Assembly (NCBI GenBank): GCA_965223325.1
Contig: CBDCWI010000001.1
Coordinates: forward strand, 1,088,001-1,152,000
DNA length: 64,000 bases
Source of the DNA: Candidatus Multivoradales bacterium
GTDB taxonomy: Bacteria > Acidobacteriota > Thermoanaerobaculia > Multivoradales > Multivoraceae
Direction of reading: 5' to 3'
In this document: piece after piece, positions 9,754 through 18,398 of the stretch
Layout of the letters: every line of letters begins with the position of its first letter
Numbering within the stretch: position 1 is the stretch's first letter
Translations under genes and position numbers: made by a program
Notes under the pieces: generated by a model
What the model was told of the DNA's origin: nothing
What the model saw: the letters and a program-made list of their open reading frames with translations, nothing else
The model's database searches: none

Positions 9754-12150
9754 ATGCCCTTCTTCTCACCGACTCGCCCGCATCGTTTCTTCCTGTCTGC
9801 CGTCGCCGCCGGTCTCCTGGTGGGAGGCTGCACGACCACCTCTCCATCGCCGTTGCTCGCCCAGGCTTCCGCACCAGAGCGCGCAACAGGGGCAACGCTC
9901 CTGTTCAGTGAGTACCTCGAGGGGTCCTCGTTCGACAAGGCCGTCGAGATCTGGAACGCCAGCGCGGAGAGCGTCGACCTCGCAGCGGGCGAAGTCGAAG
10001 TCGTGATCTACCGCAACGGTGACACCGCGATCGATCGTCGCATCGCACTCAGTGGCACGCTGGCAGCGGGTGCTACCCACGTCGTGGTGAATGCGCGAGC
10101 CAGTGCAGCGCTGCGCAGTCGTGCGCAAACCGAAACCAACTCGCTCGATTTCAACGGCGACGATGCCGTCGCACTCCTCGCTGGGGGCATGATTGTCGAC
10201 GGCCTCGGCGAGATCGGCTTCGACCCCGGTAGCGAGTGGGGCACAGGTGATGTGACCACCCGCGATCACGGTCTGGTGCGCCGGCCCGAGGTCTGCACCG
10301 GGACAACGGACCTCACGCACGACTTCGACCCCAGCGTCGAGTGGATTGGGGGACCACCCGATGACTTTACGGGCTTCTCTTCCCACACTGCCGACTGTGC
10401 ACCGGGCACACCGCGCCTGACTGAGATCTGGCAGATCCAGGGTCCCGGCGACGCCTCGCCGCTGGTAGGTGAACGCATCATCACCACCGGAAATGTCGTC
10501 ACTGCCGTCGCCAGCGACGGCTTCGCGATGCAGACCCCGGCCGCCTTCTCCGACAACGACAGCCGCACTTCAGACGGCATCTGGGTCTACACCGGCGGTG
10601 CACCCGGAGTCGAGATCGGTGACGAGGTCGAAGTCTCCGGCACGGTTCTGGAGTACTTCGACTTCACCGAGCTCTCGGACAACCCCGAGGTCACCGTCAC
10701 CGGCAGTGCGGCGCTTCCTCCAGCAGTGACGCTCTCCGAAGACCTGCCCTCCTCGGACCCCGCAACTTCGAGTTGTTCCGGGGCTTCGGGCCTCGAGTGC
10801 CTCGAGGGCATGAGGGTGATCCTCGAAGAGGCGGTCGTCGCCTCGGCCAGTCAGAGCTTCTCTTCCGACCCGATCGCCGAAGCGGTCATCAGTGTTGGCG
10901 AGCGCCTGTTCCGCGAGCCCGGACTCCCCTGGCCCGGCAACGACGACTTCCCGGAGGTGCCGGTCTGGGACGGCAACCCGGAGGGGTTCGAGCTCGACCC
11001 CGATCGCCTGGGCCTTCCCAACCGGCTTTTGTTCGGCGGCACGCGACTCAGTGCCCAGGGCGTGATCGGCTTTGAGTTCGGCGACTGGGAGCTGTGGCCG
11101 TCCGCCCTCGACGTCGAGGAGCGCCTACTCCCAAAGCCAGTGTCTCGCTACGGCCGCCTCACGATCACCGTCGGCAGCGCCAACCTCGAGCGTTTGTTCG
11201 ACGACATCGACGATCCTGAAGACGATCCCGTTCCGTCGCCCGAGGACTATCTGGCGAGGCTGCAGAAGATCGCCCGCTACGTCATCTCGTCGTTGCGCAG
11301 TCCGCACATTCTCGCCGTGCAGGAGGTTGAGAATCTCGGTGTGTTACAGGACCTGGCGCAGGAGATTCGGCTCTTGGATGGTCCTTCGTACGTGCCCCTT
11401 CTCATCGAAGGCAACGACCGCGGCGGCATCGATGTCGGCTACCTCGTGCGCGCGCCAGTGACAGTCAACGAACTGACGCAGTTGGGCGCCAACGAGGTTC
11501 TCGACTTTGACGATTCGCTCCTCCACGACCGGCCTCCTCTGTTGCTCGAGACCAGCGTTCCGGATGGCGAAGATATCGCCGTGCTCAACCTTCACCTACG
11601 CTCGCTCGGCGGAATCGACAGTGCACAGAACGGCGAGCGCGTGCGGCAGAAGCGCCTCGCGCAGGCCGAGTCGGTCGCCCGCATGGTCCAGTCCTGGCAG
11701 AGCGAACATCCCGACGGAAGCCTCCTGGTCATCGGCGACTGGAACGCGTACCCGTGGAGCGACGGCTACGTCGACGTGGTTGGACACATCAAGGGATCCT
11801 TCGACCCATCGGCCGCGATGCTCTCGGGTGCCGACCTGGTCTCTCCGGACCTGGTGCCGGTGCGTACCTCACGAGACCCGAGCGAGCTCTACAGCTTCGT
11901 CTTTCGCGGCAACGCCCAGGTTCTCGACCAGGCCCTGGTCACCAGCGCTGGCCGGCAACGCATCTTGGGAGCGAGCTACGCTCGGGGTAACGCCGACGCG
12001 CCCGCCGAGCTCCGCGACGACTGGCAGTCGCCCCTCCGGGTCTCCGACCACGACGGCCTGGTGGTGCGCCTGAGGCGGAATCATCCTCTGTTCTCAGACG
12101 ACTTCGAAGCCGGCCTGGCGACCTGGGCGGCGGCGTGGTTCGGGCACTAG
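9754..12150 (+). CDS. Secreted ExeM/NucH-like nuclease (lamin-tail + OB fold + EEP domain), probable lipoprotein
   Basis: LVGGC lipobox; LFSEYLEGSSFDKAVEIWN (LTD); IWQIQG/SDGIWVY; LAVQEVEN, IGDWN, VLDQ, SDHD EEP motifs. Confidence 0.88.
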   Translation: MPFFSPTRPHRFFLSAVAAGLLVGGCTTTSPSPLLAQASAPERATGATLLFSEYLEGSSFDKAVEIWNASAESVDLAAGEVEVVIYRNGDTAIDRRIALSGTLAAGATHVVVNARASAALRSRAQTETNSLDFNGDDAVALLAGGMIVDGLGEIGFDPGSEWGTGDVTTRDHGLVRRPEVCTGTTDLTHDFDPSVEWIGGPPDDFTGFSSHTADCAPGTPRLTEIWQIQGPGDASPLVGERIITTGNVVTAVASDGFAMQTPAAFSDNDSRTSDGIWVYTGGAPGVEIGDEVEVSGTVLEYFDFTELSDNPEVTVTGSAALPPAVTLSEDLPSSDPATSSCSGASGLECLEGMRVILEEAVVASASQSFSSDPIAEAVISVGERLFREPGLPWPGNDDFPEVPVWDGNPEGFELDPDRLGLPNRLLFGGTRLSAQGVIGFEFGDWELWPSALDVEERLLPKPVSRYGRLTITVGSANLERLFDDIDDPEDDPVPSPEDYLARLQKIARYVISSLRSPHILAVQEVENLGVLQDLAQEIRLLDGPSYVPLLIEGNDRGGIDVGYLVRAPVTVNELTQLGANEVLDFDDSLLHDRPPLLLETSVPDGEDIAVLNLHLRSLGGIDSAQNGERVRQKRLAQAESVARMVQSWQSEHPDGSLLVIGDWNAYPWSDGYVDVVGHIKGSFDPSAAMLSGADLVSPDLVPVRTSRDPSELYSFVFRGNAQVLDQALVTSAGRQRILGASYARGNADAPAELRDDWQSPLRVSDHDGLVVRLRRNHPLFSDDFEAGLATWAAAWFGH

Positions 12151-12258
12151 CGGCGTTTCTTGAGCGCCGAGGCGGCTGATATCATCACCGGCCGAGGGGT
12201 AGAGAGCCCTAAACCCTTGCGACCCAACTCGCCCACCAGCACCCGGTGACCCGCAGAA

Positions 12259-12600
12259 GTGGCTGAACGACTCAAGACCGAAGAAGAAACCGTCCTGCTC
12301 CTGATTCAGGGCCGGATGCGCCCGTACGCCGCGGCCGCCTACCAGGCCTACGTTGAGGGAACGAGTCGTCTGATCGCCAAGTACCGGGGCGAGGTGGTTA
12401 CTTCGGGCGGCGGCATCGACAGTGAATTCACCACCGACGACTACCCGGTCAATGCGGTCATTCGCTTCCCGTCGCTCGCCGAAGCCGAGGGCTATCTTTC
12501 CGACCCGCTCTATCAGAAGGTCGACACCACCTATCGCGACGCGGCCTACGACCAGTTGCACACCAGCCTGGTCGCTCCGGTTCCCGACCGTACCCGCTGA
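12259..12600 (+). CDS. DUF1330 family protein
   Basis: YQAYVEGTSRLIAKYRGE...VIRFPSLAEAEGYLSDPLYQ pattern. Confidence 0.7.
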   Translation: MAERLKTEEETVLLLIQGRMRPYAAAAYQAYVEGTSRLIAKYRGEVVTSGGGIDSEFTTDDYPVNAVIRFPSLAEAEGYLSDPLYQKVDTTYRDAAYDQLHTSLVAPVPDRTR

Positions 12601-12618
12601 GCGGTATCGCCGGCAGGC

Positions 12619-13455
12619 TTAGGACGCGTTGGGCGTGACCTCGATGTCCTCGAGCACGACCGTCGAGAGAAGCTTCATCTCGGAGGCTACGAACTCCGGC
12701 GTGATCTGATCGACGCTCAGCCCAGAGCCGTCGAGAGCGTAGTTCGGCTGATCGAAGAACAGCACCCCACCAACGCGACGGTAGTTCACGAGCGGCCGAT
12801 AGCGCAGCCCACCCGAAAAGCTGTAGGCGAACGCCTCGAGCCGGGCGGTCTCGGGGTCGAACCAGTAGGCGTAGGCGTCGTCGGAGCGCTCGCTGGTGCC
12901 TGCCGTGAAGGTGACCTTGACGCGCTGTAGCTCGCGACCGTCCCAGGTCTCGAGACCCTGATCTTCCTTCCAGGTGTTGCCGTCGTTCAGGCGCAGCGGC
13001 AGGAACGGAAAGTAGATTCGGGACGCGACAGCGGTTTGCACCGCGGCGCGCGCTTCATCATCGAGCACCAACGGCTGCCCGGCTTCCGTACGCTCTAGAA
13101 CGTCGCTGCCATCCCGGTTGGTGTGGCGCCAGGTCGTACCCTCACCGGGAGGACCCTTGTGCACCCGATAGTCGAAGAGCCCACCGTCGTTCCAGGCTTC
13201 GACCTTGAACGCGCCACTCTTGGAAGCGATCACGAAATCGATCTGCGAGTGCTGGTAGACGTCACCACCGTGAAAGGCGATCGAACGGGTCACGATGGGG
13301 AGGTCGAGCGTCTTGCCGTTCGCAGTCGCCTCGCTGGCGCTACTCGCTGAGGCCTCCTCCACCGTCGCCGTCTGCTCCTGGGCTTCAGGGGCGGAACAAC
13401 CCGCGGTGACCAGCACCAGTGCAACAACCGCCAGGACAGATTCGCGGACTTTCAT
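12619..13455 (-). CDS. Hypothetical lipoprotein (DUF6503-like)
   Basis: LVTAGC lipobox, SIAFHGG, YFPFLPLRLND, VKVTF; GGAGG RBS before MKVRES. Confidence 0.7.
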   Translation of the reverse strand: MKVRESVLAVVALVLVTAGCSAPEAQEQTATVEEASASSASEATANGKTLDLPIVTRSIAFHGGDVYQHSQIDFVIASKSGAFKVEAWNDGGLFDYRVHKGPPGEGTTWRHTNRDGSDVLERTEAGQPLVLDDEARAAVQTAVASRIYFPFLPLRLNDGNTWKEDQGLETWDGRELQRVKVTFTAGTSERSDDAYAYWFDPETARLEAFAYSFSGGLRYRPLVNYRRVGGVLFFDQPNYALDGSGLSVDQITPEFVASEMKLLSTVVLEDIEVTPNAS

Positions 13456-13706
13456 TGGAGACCTCCGTAGGGGGATTGGGGACATTCACCACTATGGTAG
13501 CGCTCGGGAGCGTTACGGCTCGCTGTTGGCCATGTAAGACTCCAGGCGGAGAATCCGCCGTTGCGTGTGGCGCGGCATGACCAGGAGATCCCTTGCGGCG
13601 ATTTGCCGTTTCTACGCAGCCGGACCTCTGACCGGTTCATCGGAAAGCCGTTTCGAAACAAGAGAGAATCCCTCGCTGGCCCCCGCATCGCCCGACAGAA
13701 CGGTCA

Positions 13707-14588
13707 ATGAACAATCAATCGACCTGGAAGACACTCGCGCGAGAGCCGGCTGACGCTCTGCGGCGCGCAGTTCTCGGGCTCTTCCGTGACCGCGCCTTCG
13801 ATCGCGCGGCGCAGCTCGCCTTCTGGGCCATGTTGGGATTCATCCCTCTCCTCATCGCAACCTTCGCGGTTTTCGGACGACTGGTCAGTCGCCGCGTCAC
13901 GTTCAGGCGCGAGCTCCTCTCCTACCTCGAAAGGGTTGCACCGAGCGACGGCGCCTTCGAACTGGTGCGCTCGGTTCTCGAAGAGATCCAGGCGGCAGGA
14001 TCGGGCTCATTCTCCTTTGGTCTCCTGTTCGCGGTCTGGATCGGTTCAGCAATGGTGGCGCAGATCCAGCGCGCCATCGACCAGGCCTTCGGCAGCAGCC
14101 GTCAGGAGACCTGGTTCCGCCGCCTGACCGCCATCCCGTTCTCGATCGTGGTCCTGGTGCCCCTCGTCCTGGCAACGGTCCTCTTGTTCTACGGCCGACT
14201 GGCGGGCGCTTCAATGGCCGAGCAGCTGGGTCTGGGCGACGCGTTCTCGACCTCGTTTGCCCTCCTCTACTGGCCGGTGGTTCTGGCCTCGGCTGTTTTG
14301 AGCTTCGACCTGACGATGAACTCTGCACCGTCGATGCTGCGGCGAAGAAAGCAGTGGATCTCACCCGGGGCGGTGCTGGCACTCGCGCTGTGGGTGGCCG
14401 TGTCGTTCGGCTTCGCGCGCTACCTCGAGACGGTTCCTACCTATTCGGCCTTCTACGGCTCGCTCGGCGCCGTCATCGTGCTCCTCTTGTGGTTCTTTCT
14501 CTCCGGCCTGGCGCTGTTGGTCGGCATCCACCTCAATGTGGCGCTTCTAAACGGCGGGGACGACGAAACCGCTGAAGATGCTCTCTAG
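13707..14588 (+). CDS. YihY/virulence factor BrkB family membrane protein
   Basis: AAQLAFWAML, PGAVLA, YSAFYGSLGAVIVLLLWFF. Confidence 0.9.
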   Translation: MNNQSTWKTLAREPADALRRAVLGLFRDRAFDRAAQLAFWAMLGFIPLLIATFAVFGRLVSRRVTFRRELLSYLERVAPSDGAFELVRSVLEEIQAAGSGSFSFGLLFAVWIGSAMVAQIQRAIDQAFGSSRQETWFRRLTAIPFSIVVLVPLVLATVLLFYGRLAGASMAEQLGLGDAFSTSFALLYWPVVLASAVLSFDLTMNSAPSMLRRRKQWISPGAVLALALWVAVSFGFARYLETVPTYSAFYGSLGAVIVLLLWFFLSGLALLVGIHLNVALLNGGDDETAEDAL

Positions 14589-15592
14589 GTCATGCGCACC
14601 AGCAGATAGCCAACCAGGACGATCAGGAACACCACGACGGCGAGAGCCACCGCCCACCAGGGGCCCTCTCGGCGCCTGGCCGAAGTGTCCTTCGTGGCCG
14701 CCGCCTCGGCGGACATCCCGTCGGACGGCGTGACCGCTCCCTTCAGCGCGTCGGCGTAAGCGTCGCGAATGCGACGCAGCTCGGCGAGGACCTCCTCGGC
14801 ACTCTCATAGCGTTGTTCCTTATCGCGCTCCAGTAACTTCATCACCAGCCGCTCGAGCGCCGGCACGACACCGCCGACGATCTCGCCGATCGCCCGGGGC
14901 CTTCGCGTATCGAGGGGTAGGCCGTCGGGGCCCACTTCGAAGGGGACACGGTCGGTGAGCATCTGGTAGAGCACGGCGCCGAGCGAGAACAAGTCGGCAC
15001 GCTGATCGGCCGCCGAACCCTGAAGCTGCTCGGGGGCCGAGTAGCCAGCACTACCGAGAACCACCCCAAAACGGGATTCGAAGATTGGGGTCTGGTCGAC
15101 TTCCTCAGGCGTTCGCGTCACCGGCTTGGCGAGGCCGAAGTCGAGGATCTTCACCTCTCCCGAGCTCGAAACCTTGATGTTCGACGGCTTGAGGTCACGA
15201 TGTATGACGCCGGCCGCATGCGCCGCCGCAAGGGCGGCGGCCAGCTGGATGCCGATGTCGACGACCTCACGCTGCTCGAAGCCGTGTATCGAACGCTGCT
15301 GAAGGTCACGACCCGGCACGAACTCCATCGCCATGAAGAGCGTCGCCCCGCCCTCGGGCAGCATCACCTCGCCATGGTCGAGCAGGCCGGCGATTCCCGG
15401 ATGGTCGAGCCGCTTCAAGACCTTGGCCTCACGCACGAAACGCCCCTTGCGTTCTTCGTCCATCCGCAGGTGGGGATGCAGGAGCTTGAGCGCCACGTCG
15501 CACTCGGCTTCGCGATCGAAAGCCTTGTAGACCACTCCCATGCCGCCCTCGCCCAGCTTCTGTTGGATCCGGTACTTGCCGACGCGCCTCAT
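14585..15592 (-). CDS. Hanks-type Ser/Thr protein kinase with C-terminal TM anchor
   Basis: LGEGGMGVVY, VALK, HRDLKPSN, DFGLA, APE, DLFSLG. Confidence 0.95.
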   Translation of the reverse strand: MRRVGKYRIQQKLGEGGMGVVYKAFDREAECDVALKLLHPHLRMDEERKGRFVREAKVLKRLDHPGIAGLLDHGEVMLPEGGATLFMAMEFVPGRDLQQRSIHGFEQREVVDIGIQLAAALAAAHAAGVIHRDLKPSNIKVSSSGEVKILDFGLAKPVTRTPEEVDQTPIFESRFGVVLGSAGYSAPEQLQGSAADQRADLFSLGAVLYQMLTDRVPFEVGPDGLPLDTRRPRAIGEIVGGVVPALERLVMKLLERDKEQRYESAEEVLAELRRIRDAYADALKGAVTPSDGMSAEAAATKDTSARRREGPWWAVALAVVVFLIVLVGYLLVRMT

Positions 15593-15646
15593 GACGGCTG
15601 AAATCGTACCCGCCCGGTGGCTGCGCTGCTTTCCTGGAGCGGCTCG

Positions 15647-16180
15647 CTACGCCTCAGAAACGCTGGCCAGGGCGGTTACCGCTCCGCCACGTTGGGCCTC
15701 AAAGCGCTCGAGCATCTCGGCGGCAGCGGACTCGGCCTCTTCCCCGGCGGCCGCCCGGTCATCGATGATCAACAGCAGGTCGCCAGCCGCGACCCGGTGG
15801 TCGAGCGGGCTCGGCAGGCGACGGCGCCCGAGACGACCTTCGATCAGGACCCCAGCAACTGTCGCCAGAATGATGCCGAGTGCGATTCCCTCGTAGGTCA
15901 CCACCGCGGACGGCGGTCCCGAGATGGTTGGCATGTCGCCGGTTACCAGCCCGTAGGACGTCGACGAGAGGTAGACCAGCCCATAGGCGGTCAAACCGCC
16001 GACCAGAGCGCCAACGAGTGACCAGAGCAGGATCCGTTGGGGCGGTTCGGAAAGTGGCAGATCCTCGACTGGCGTCGAACTGCGGACCGCAAGTCGGGTT
16101 TCTGAAACTCCGGCCTCTCTCAGATCGCCAATTGCCTGGCGGAGCGCCTCTTCAGACGCGAAGGTGACGTGCACGCTCAT
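15647..16180 (-). CDS. actD: ActD-like (DUF3341) membrane subunit
   Basis: Two TMs flanking GDMPTISGPPSAVVTYE; overlaps the NrfD-family gene stop. Confidence 0.75.
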   Translation of the reverse strand: MSVHVTFASEEALRQAIGDLREAGVSETRLAVRSSTPVEDLPLSEPPQRILLWSLVGALVGGLTAYGLVYLSSTSYGLVTGDMPTISGPPSAVVTYEGIALGIILATVAGVLIEGRLGRRRLPSPLDHRVAAGDLLLIIDDRAAAGEEAESAAAEMLERFEAQRGGAVTALASVSEA

Positions 16181-17595
16181 GCGCGCTCCCCCACTGCTTC
16201 GTCATGGAGTGTCGTGGGTTCGTGTTCCTGCCGGTGTTCGGCGATGATCTTCGCTACCTCGCGCTCGCGATGGTCCAGGCCTTCGCGAATCTCCCAGATC
16301 GAGATGATCGGGGCGAGCTGGGTGAAGGTGAAGTAGAGGAACAGGAAAAGGCCCACCGAACCCAGAAGAATGCCGAGCTCGACCGGTGACGGCGTGTAGT
16401 GGCCTTCGAGATAGGGCAGGCGCGGCGTCGACAGGGCAGGCACCACGATCAGGTAGCGCTCGAGCCACATGCCAATCAACACCGAAAAGCCCACGATCGA
16501 GACTCCAAGCGGCTGCCGACCGCGCCGGAACGGCAGGATGGCCAGCGGCACGATCATGTTGCAAAACACCATCAGCCAGAACCAGCGCCCGAACGGGCCG
16601 TCGATGAGACTGTGGTGCACCGCGATCTCGGCGGTGTCGCCGGCGTACCAGGTGGTGAGGTGTTCGGCAAAGGTGAAGTATCCCCAAAGCAGGGTCATTG
16701 CCACGAACAAGAGAGCCAAGTTGGAAAACACCCGATCGGTCAGCCACTCCCTGAGACCCAGGCCACGCCGCAGAAGCGCCATCGCCAGCAAGAGGACGGC
16801 GAGCCCAGAGTAGATCGCGCCAACCACGAAGTAGGGCCCGAAGATGGTGCTCTTCCACCCCGGGACCCGAGTCATCGCGAAGTCCCACGAAACGATCGTG
16901 TGAACCGAAACGGCGACCGGGATGATCACGATCGCCAGTACTTTGATGCCCGCCTCGAGCGCCCGCCACTGGCGCTGCGTACCTTCCCAGCCCAATGACA
17001 CGAGCGCGTAGAAACGACGGAAGCGCCCACCCTCGCGATCACGCAGGATCGCCATGTCGGGCAGCAGCGGCAACAACAAGTAGAGAACGCTGCCCGTCAG
17101 GTAGGTGGTGATCGCCACCAGATCCCACATCAATGGGCTACGGAAATTCGGCCATAGATGGCGTGCGTTCGGGTACGGCAGCATGTAGTAGAAGAGGCCT
17201 ACACGACCCAGATGAATGAGCGGAAAGAGGCCGCCGATAGCGAGCGCGAAAACGGTGATCGCCTCTGCGCAGCGGGTCACCGGCCGTCGCCACTCGGCGC
17301 CGGTGACGCGCAGAATGGCCGAAATCAACGTTCCGGCGTGGCTAATGCCGATCCAGAAGACGAAGTTGATGATGTAGAAGCCCCAGAACACCGGCCGGTT
17401 GATTCCAGCAACACCGATGCCTTCCTTGACCTGATAGCCCCAGGAGCCGAAAAGAACGAGCACCAGAAGCCCGGAGATCAAACTGCCGAGCATCAACATC
17501 GGGCGCGGCCGGGCCAAACGCTCGATCAGCACACCGTCGAGGGCACGGGCTTCGCGGGCAGTCGGTTCAGAGGAAGCTGCGGACGAGCCGCTCAT
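16177..17595 (-). CDS. actC: NrfD/PsrC-family quinol-binding subunit (ActC/QrcD-like)
   Basis: WGFYIINFVFWIGISHAGTLISAIL, HLGR, NFRSPLMWD, SVHTIVSWDF. Confidence 0.9.
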   Translation of the reverse strand: MSGSSAASSEPTAREARALDGVLIERLARPRPMLMLGSLISGLLVLVLFGSWGYQVKEGIGVAGINRPVFWGFYIINFVFWIGISHAGTLISAILRVTGAEWRRPVTRCAEAITVFALAIGGLFPLIHLGRVGLFYYMLPYPNARHLWPNFRSPLMWDLVAITTYLTGSVLYLLLPLLPDMAILRDREGGRFRRFYALVSLGWEGTQRQWRALEAGIKVLAIVIIPVAVSVHTIVSWDFAMTRVPGWKSTIFGPYFVVGAIYSGLAVLLLAMALLRRGLGLREWLTDRVFSNLALLFVAMTLLWGYFTFAEHLTTWYAGDTAEIAVHHSLIDGPFGRWFWLMVFCNMIVPLAILPFRRGRQPLGVSIVGFSVLIGMWLERYLIVVPALSTPRLPYLEGHYTPSPVELGILLGSVGLFLFLYFTFTQLAPIISIWEIREGLDHREREVAKIIAEHRQEHEPTTLHDEAVGERA

Positions 17596-18398
17596 GTTTT
17601 CTCACCCCCGAGGCGAGTGAGCTTTAGCGGTGACGTGTCCGTCGCGGGCGCCGCCTCATGGGCTGCGTCGTCGCCCACGAATGCCGCAATCACGTCTTCG
17701 GCCTCGCCTTCGATCCAGCTGCGCGGCTTGAGATAGGTCACCGCCGGTTGGGTTCCAAGGCCTTCCAGCAGGCGATGGGCGCGCGGTGAACGGGCGTGCG
17801 CGGAGACCCTGGAATCCGGGTCGTCGAGGTCACCGAACACAATCGCCTCGGTTGGGCACGACTGTGCACAGGCGGTGGTGATCTCACCGTCTTCGATCTC
17901 GCGTTCCTCGGCGCGCGCTACCCGCCGGGCGTCGTGAATGCGCTGCACGCAGAAGGTGCACTTCTCCATCACGCCGGTGGCGCGCTTGCTGACATCGGGG
18001 TTGAGTTGGCGATCGAGCGGCTCTGGAAACTCGGGCTCGAACCAATTGAACACACGCGTCGTGTAAGGACAATTGTTGGCGCAGAACCGTGTCCCCACGC
18101 AGCGCGAATACACCATCGCGTTCAGGCCTTCGGGGTTGTGGTACGTCGCGTACACCGGGCACACGGGCTCGCAAGGCGCCGCCCCGCACTGCTGGCAGAG
18201 AACCGGCACGAAATGCGCCTTGACGTTGGGAAACTCGCCCTGCCAGTAGCGCTCGATGCGTAGCCAATGCATGGTCCGGCCCCTGGCCGCCCCTTCGGCA
18301 CCGACCGTCGGCACGTTGTTCTCCGAAGAACACGCCACCACGCAGGCCTCACAACCCGTGCAACGTTCGATGTCGATCGACATCCCCCAGCGCGTCAC
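17592..18398 (-). CDS. Four-cluster Fe-S subunit (ActB2/QrcC-like)
   Basis: CTGCEACVVAC, CQQCGAAPCEPVC, CVGTRFCANNC, EKCTFC..CAQSC. Confidence 0.93.
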   Translation of the reverse strand: MTRWGMSIDIERCTGCEACVVACSSENNVPTVGAEGAARGRTMHWLRIERYWQGEFPNVKAHFVPVLCQQCGAAPCEPVCPVYATYHNPEGLNAMVYSRCVGTRFCANNCPYTTRVFNWFEPEFPEPLDRQLNPDVSKRATGVMEKCTFCVQRIHDARRVARAEEREIEDGEITTACAQSCPTEAIVFGDLDDPDSRVSAHARSPRAHRLLEGLGTQPAVTYLKPRSWIEGEAEDVIAAFVGDDAAHEAAPATDTSPLKLTRLGGEKT

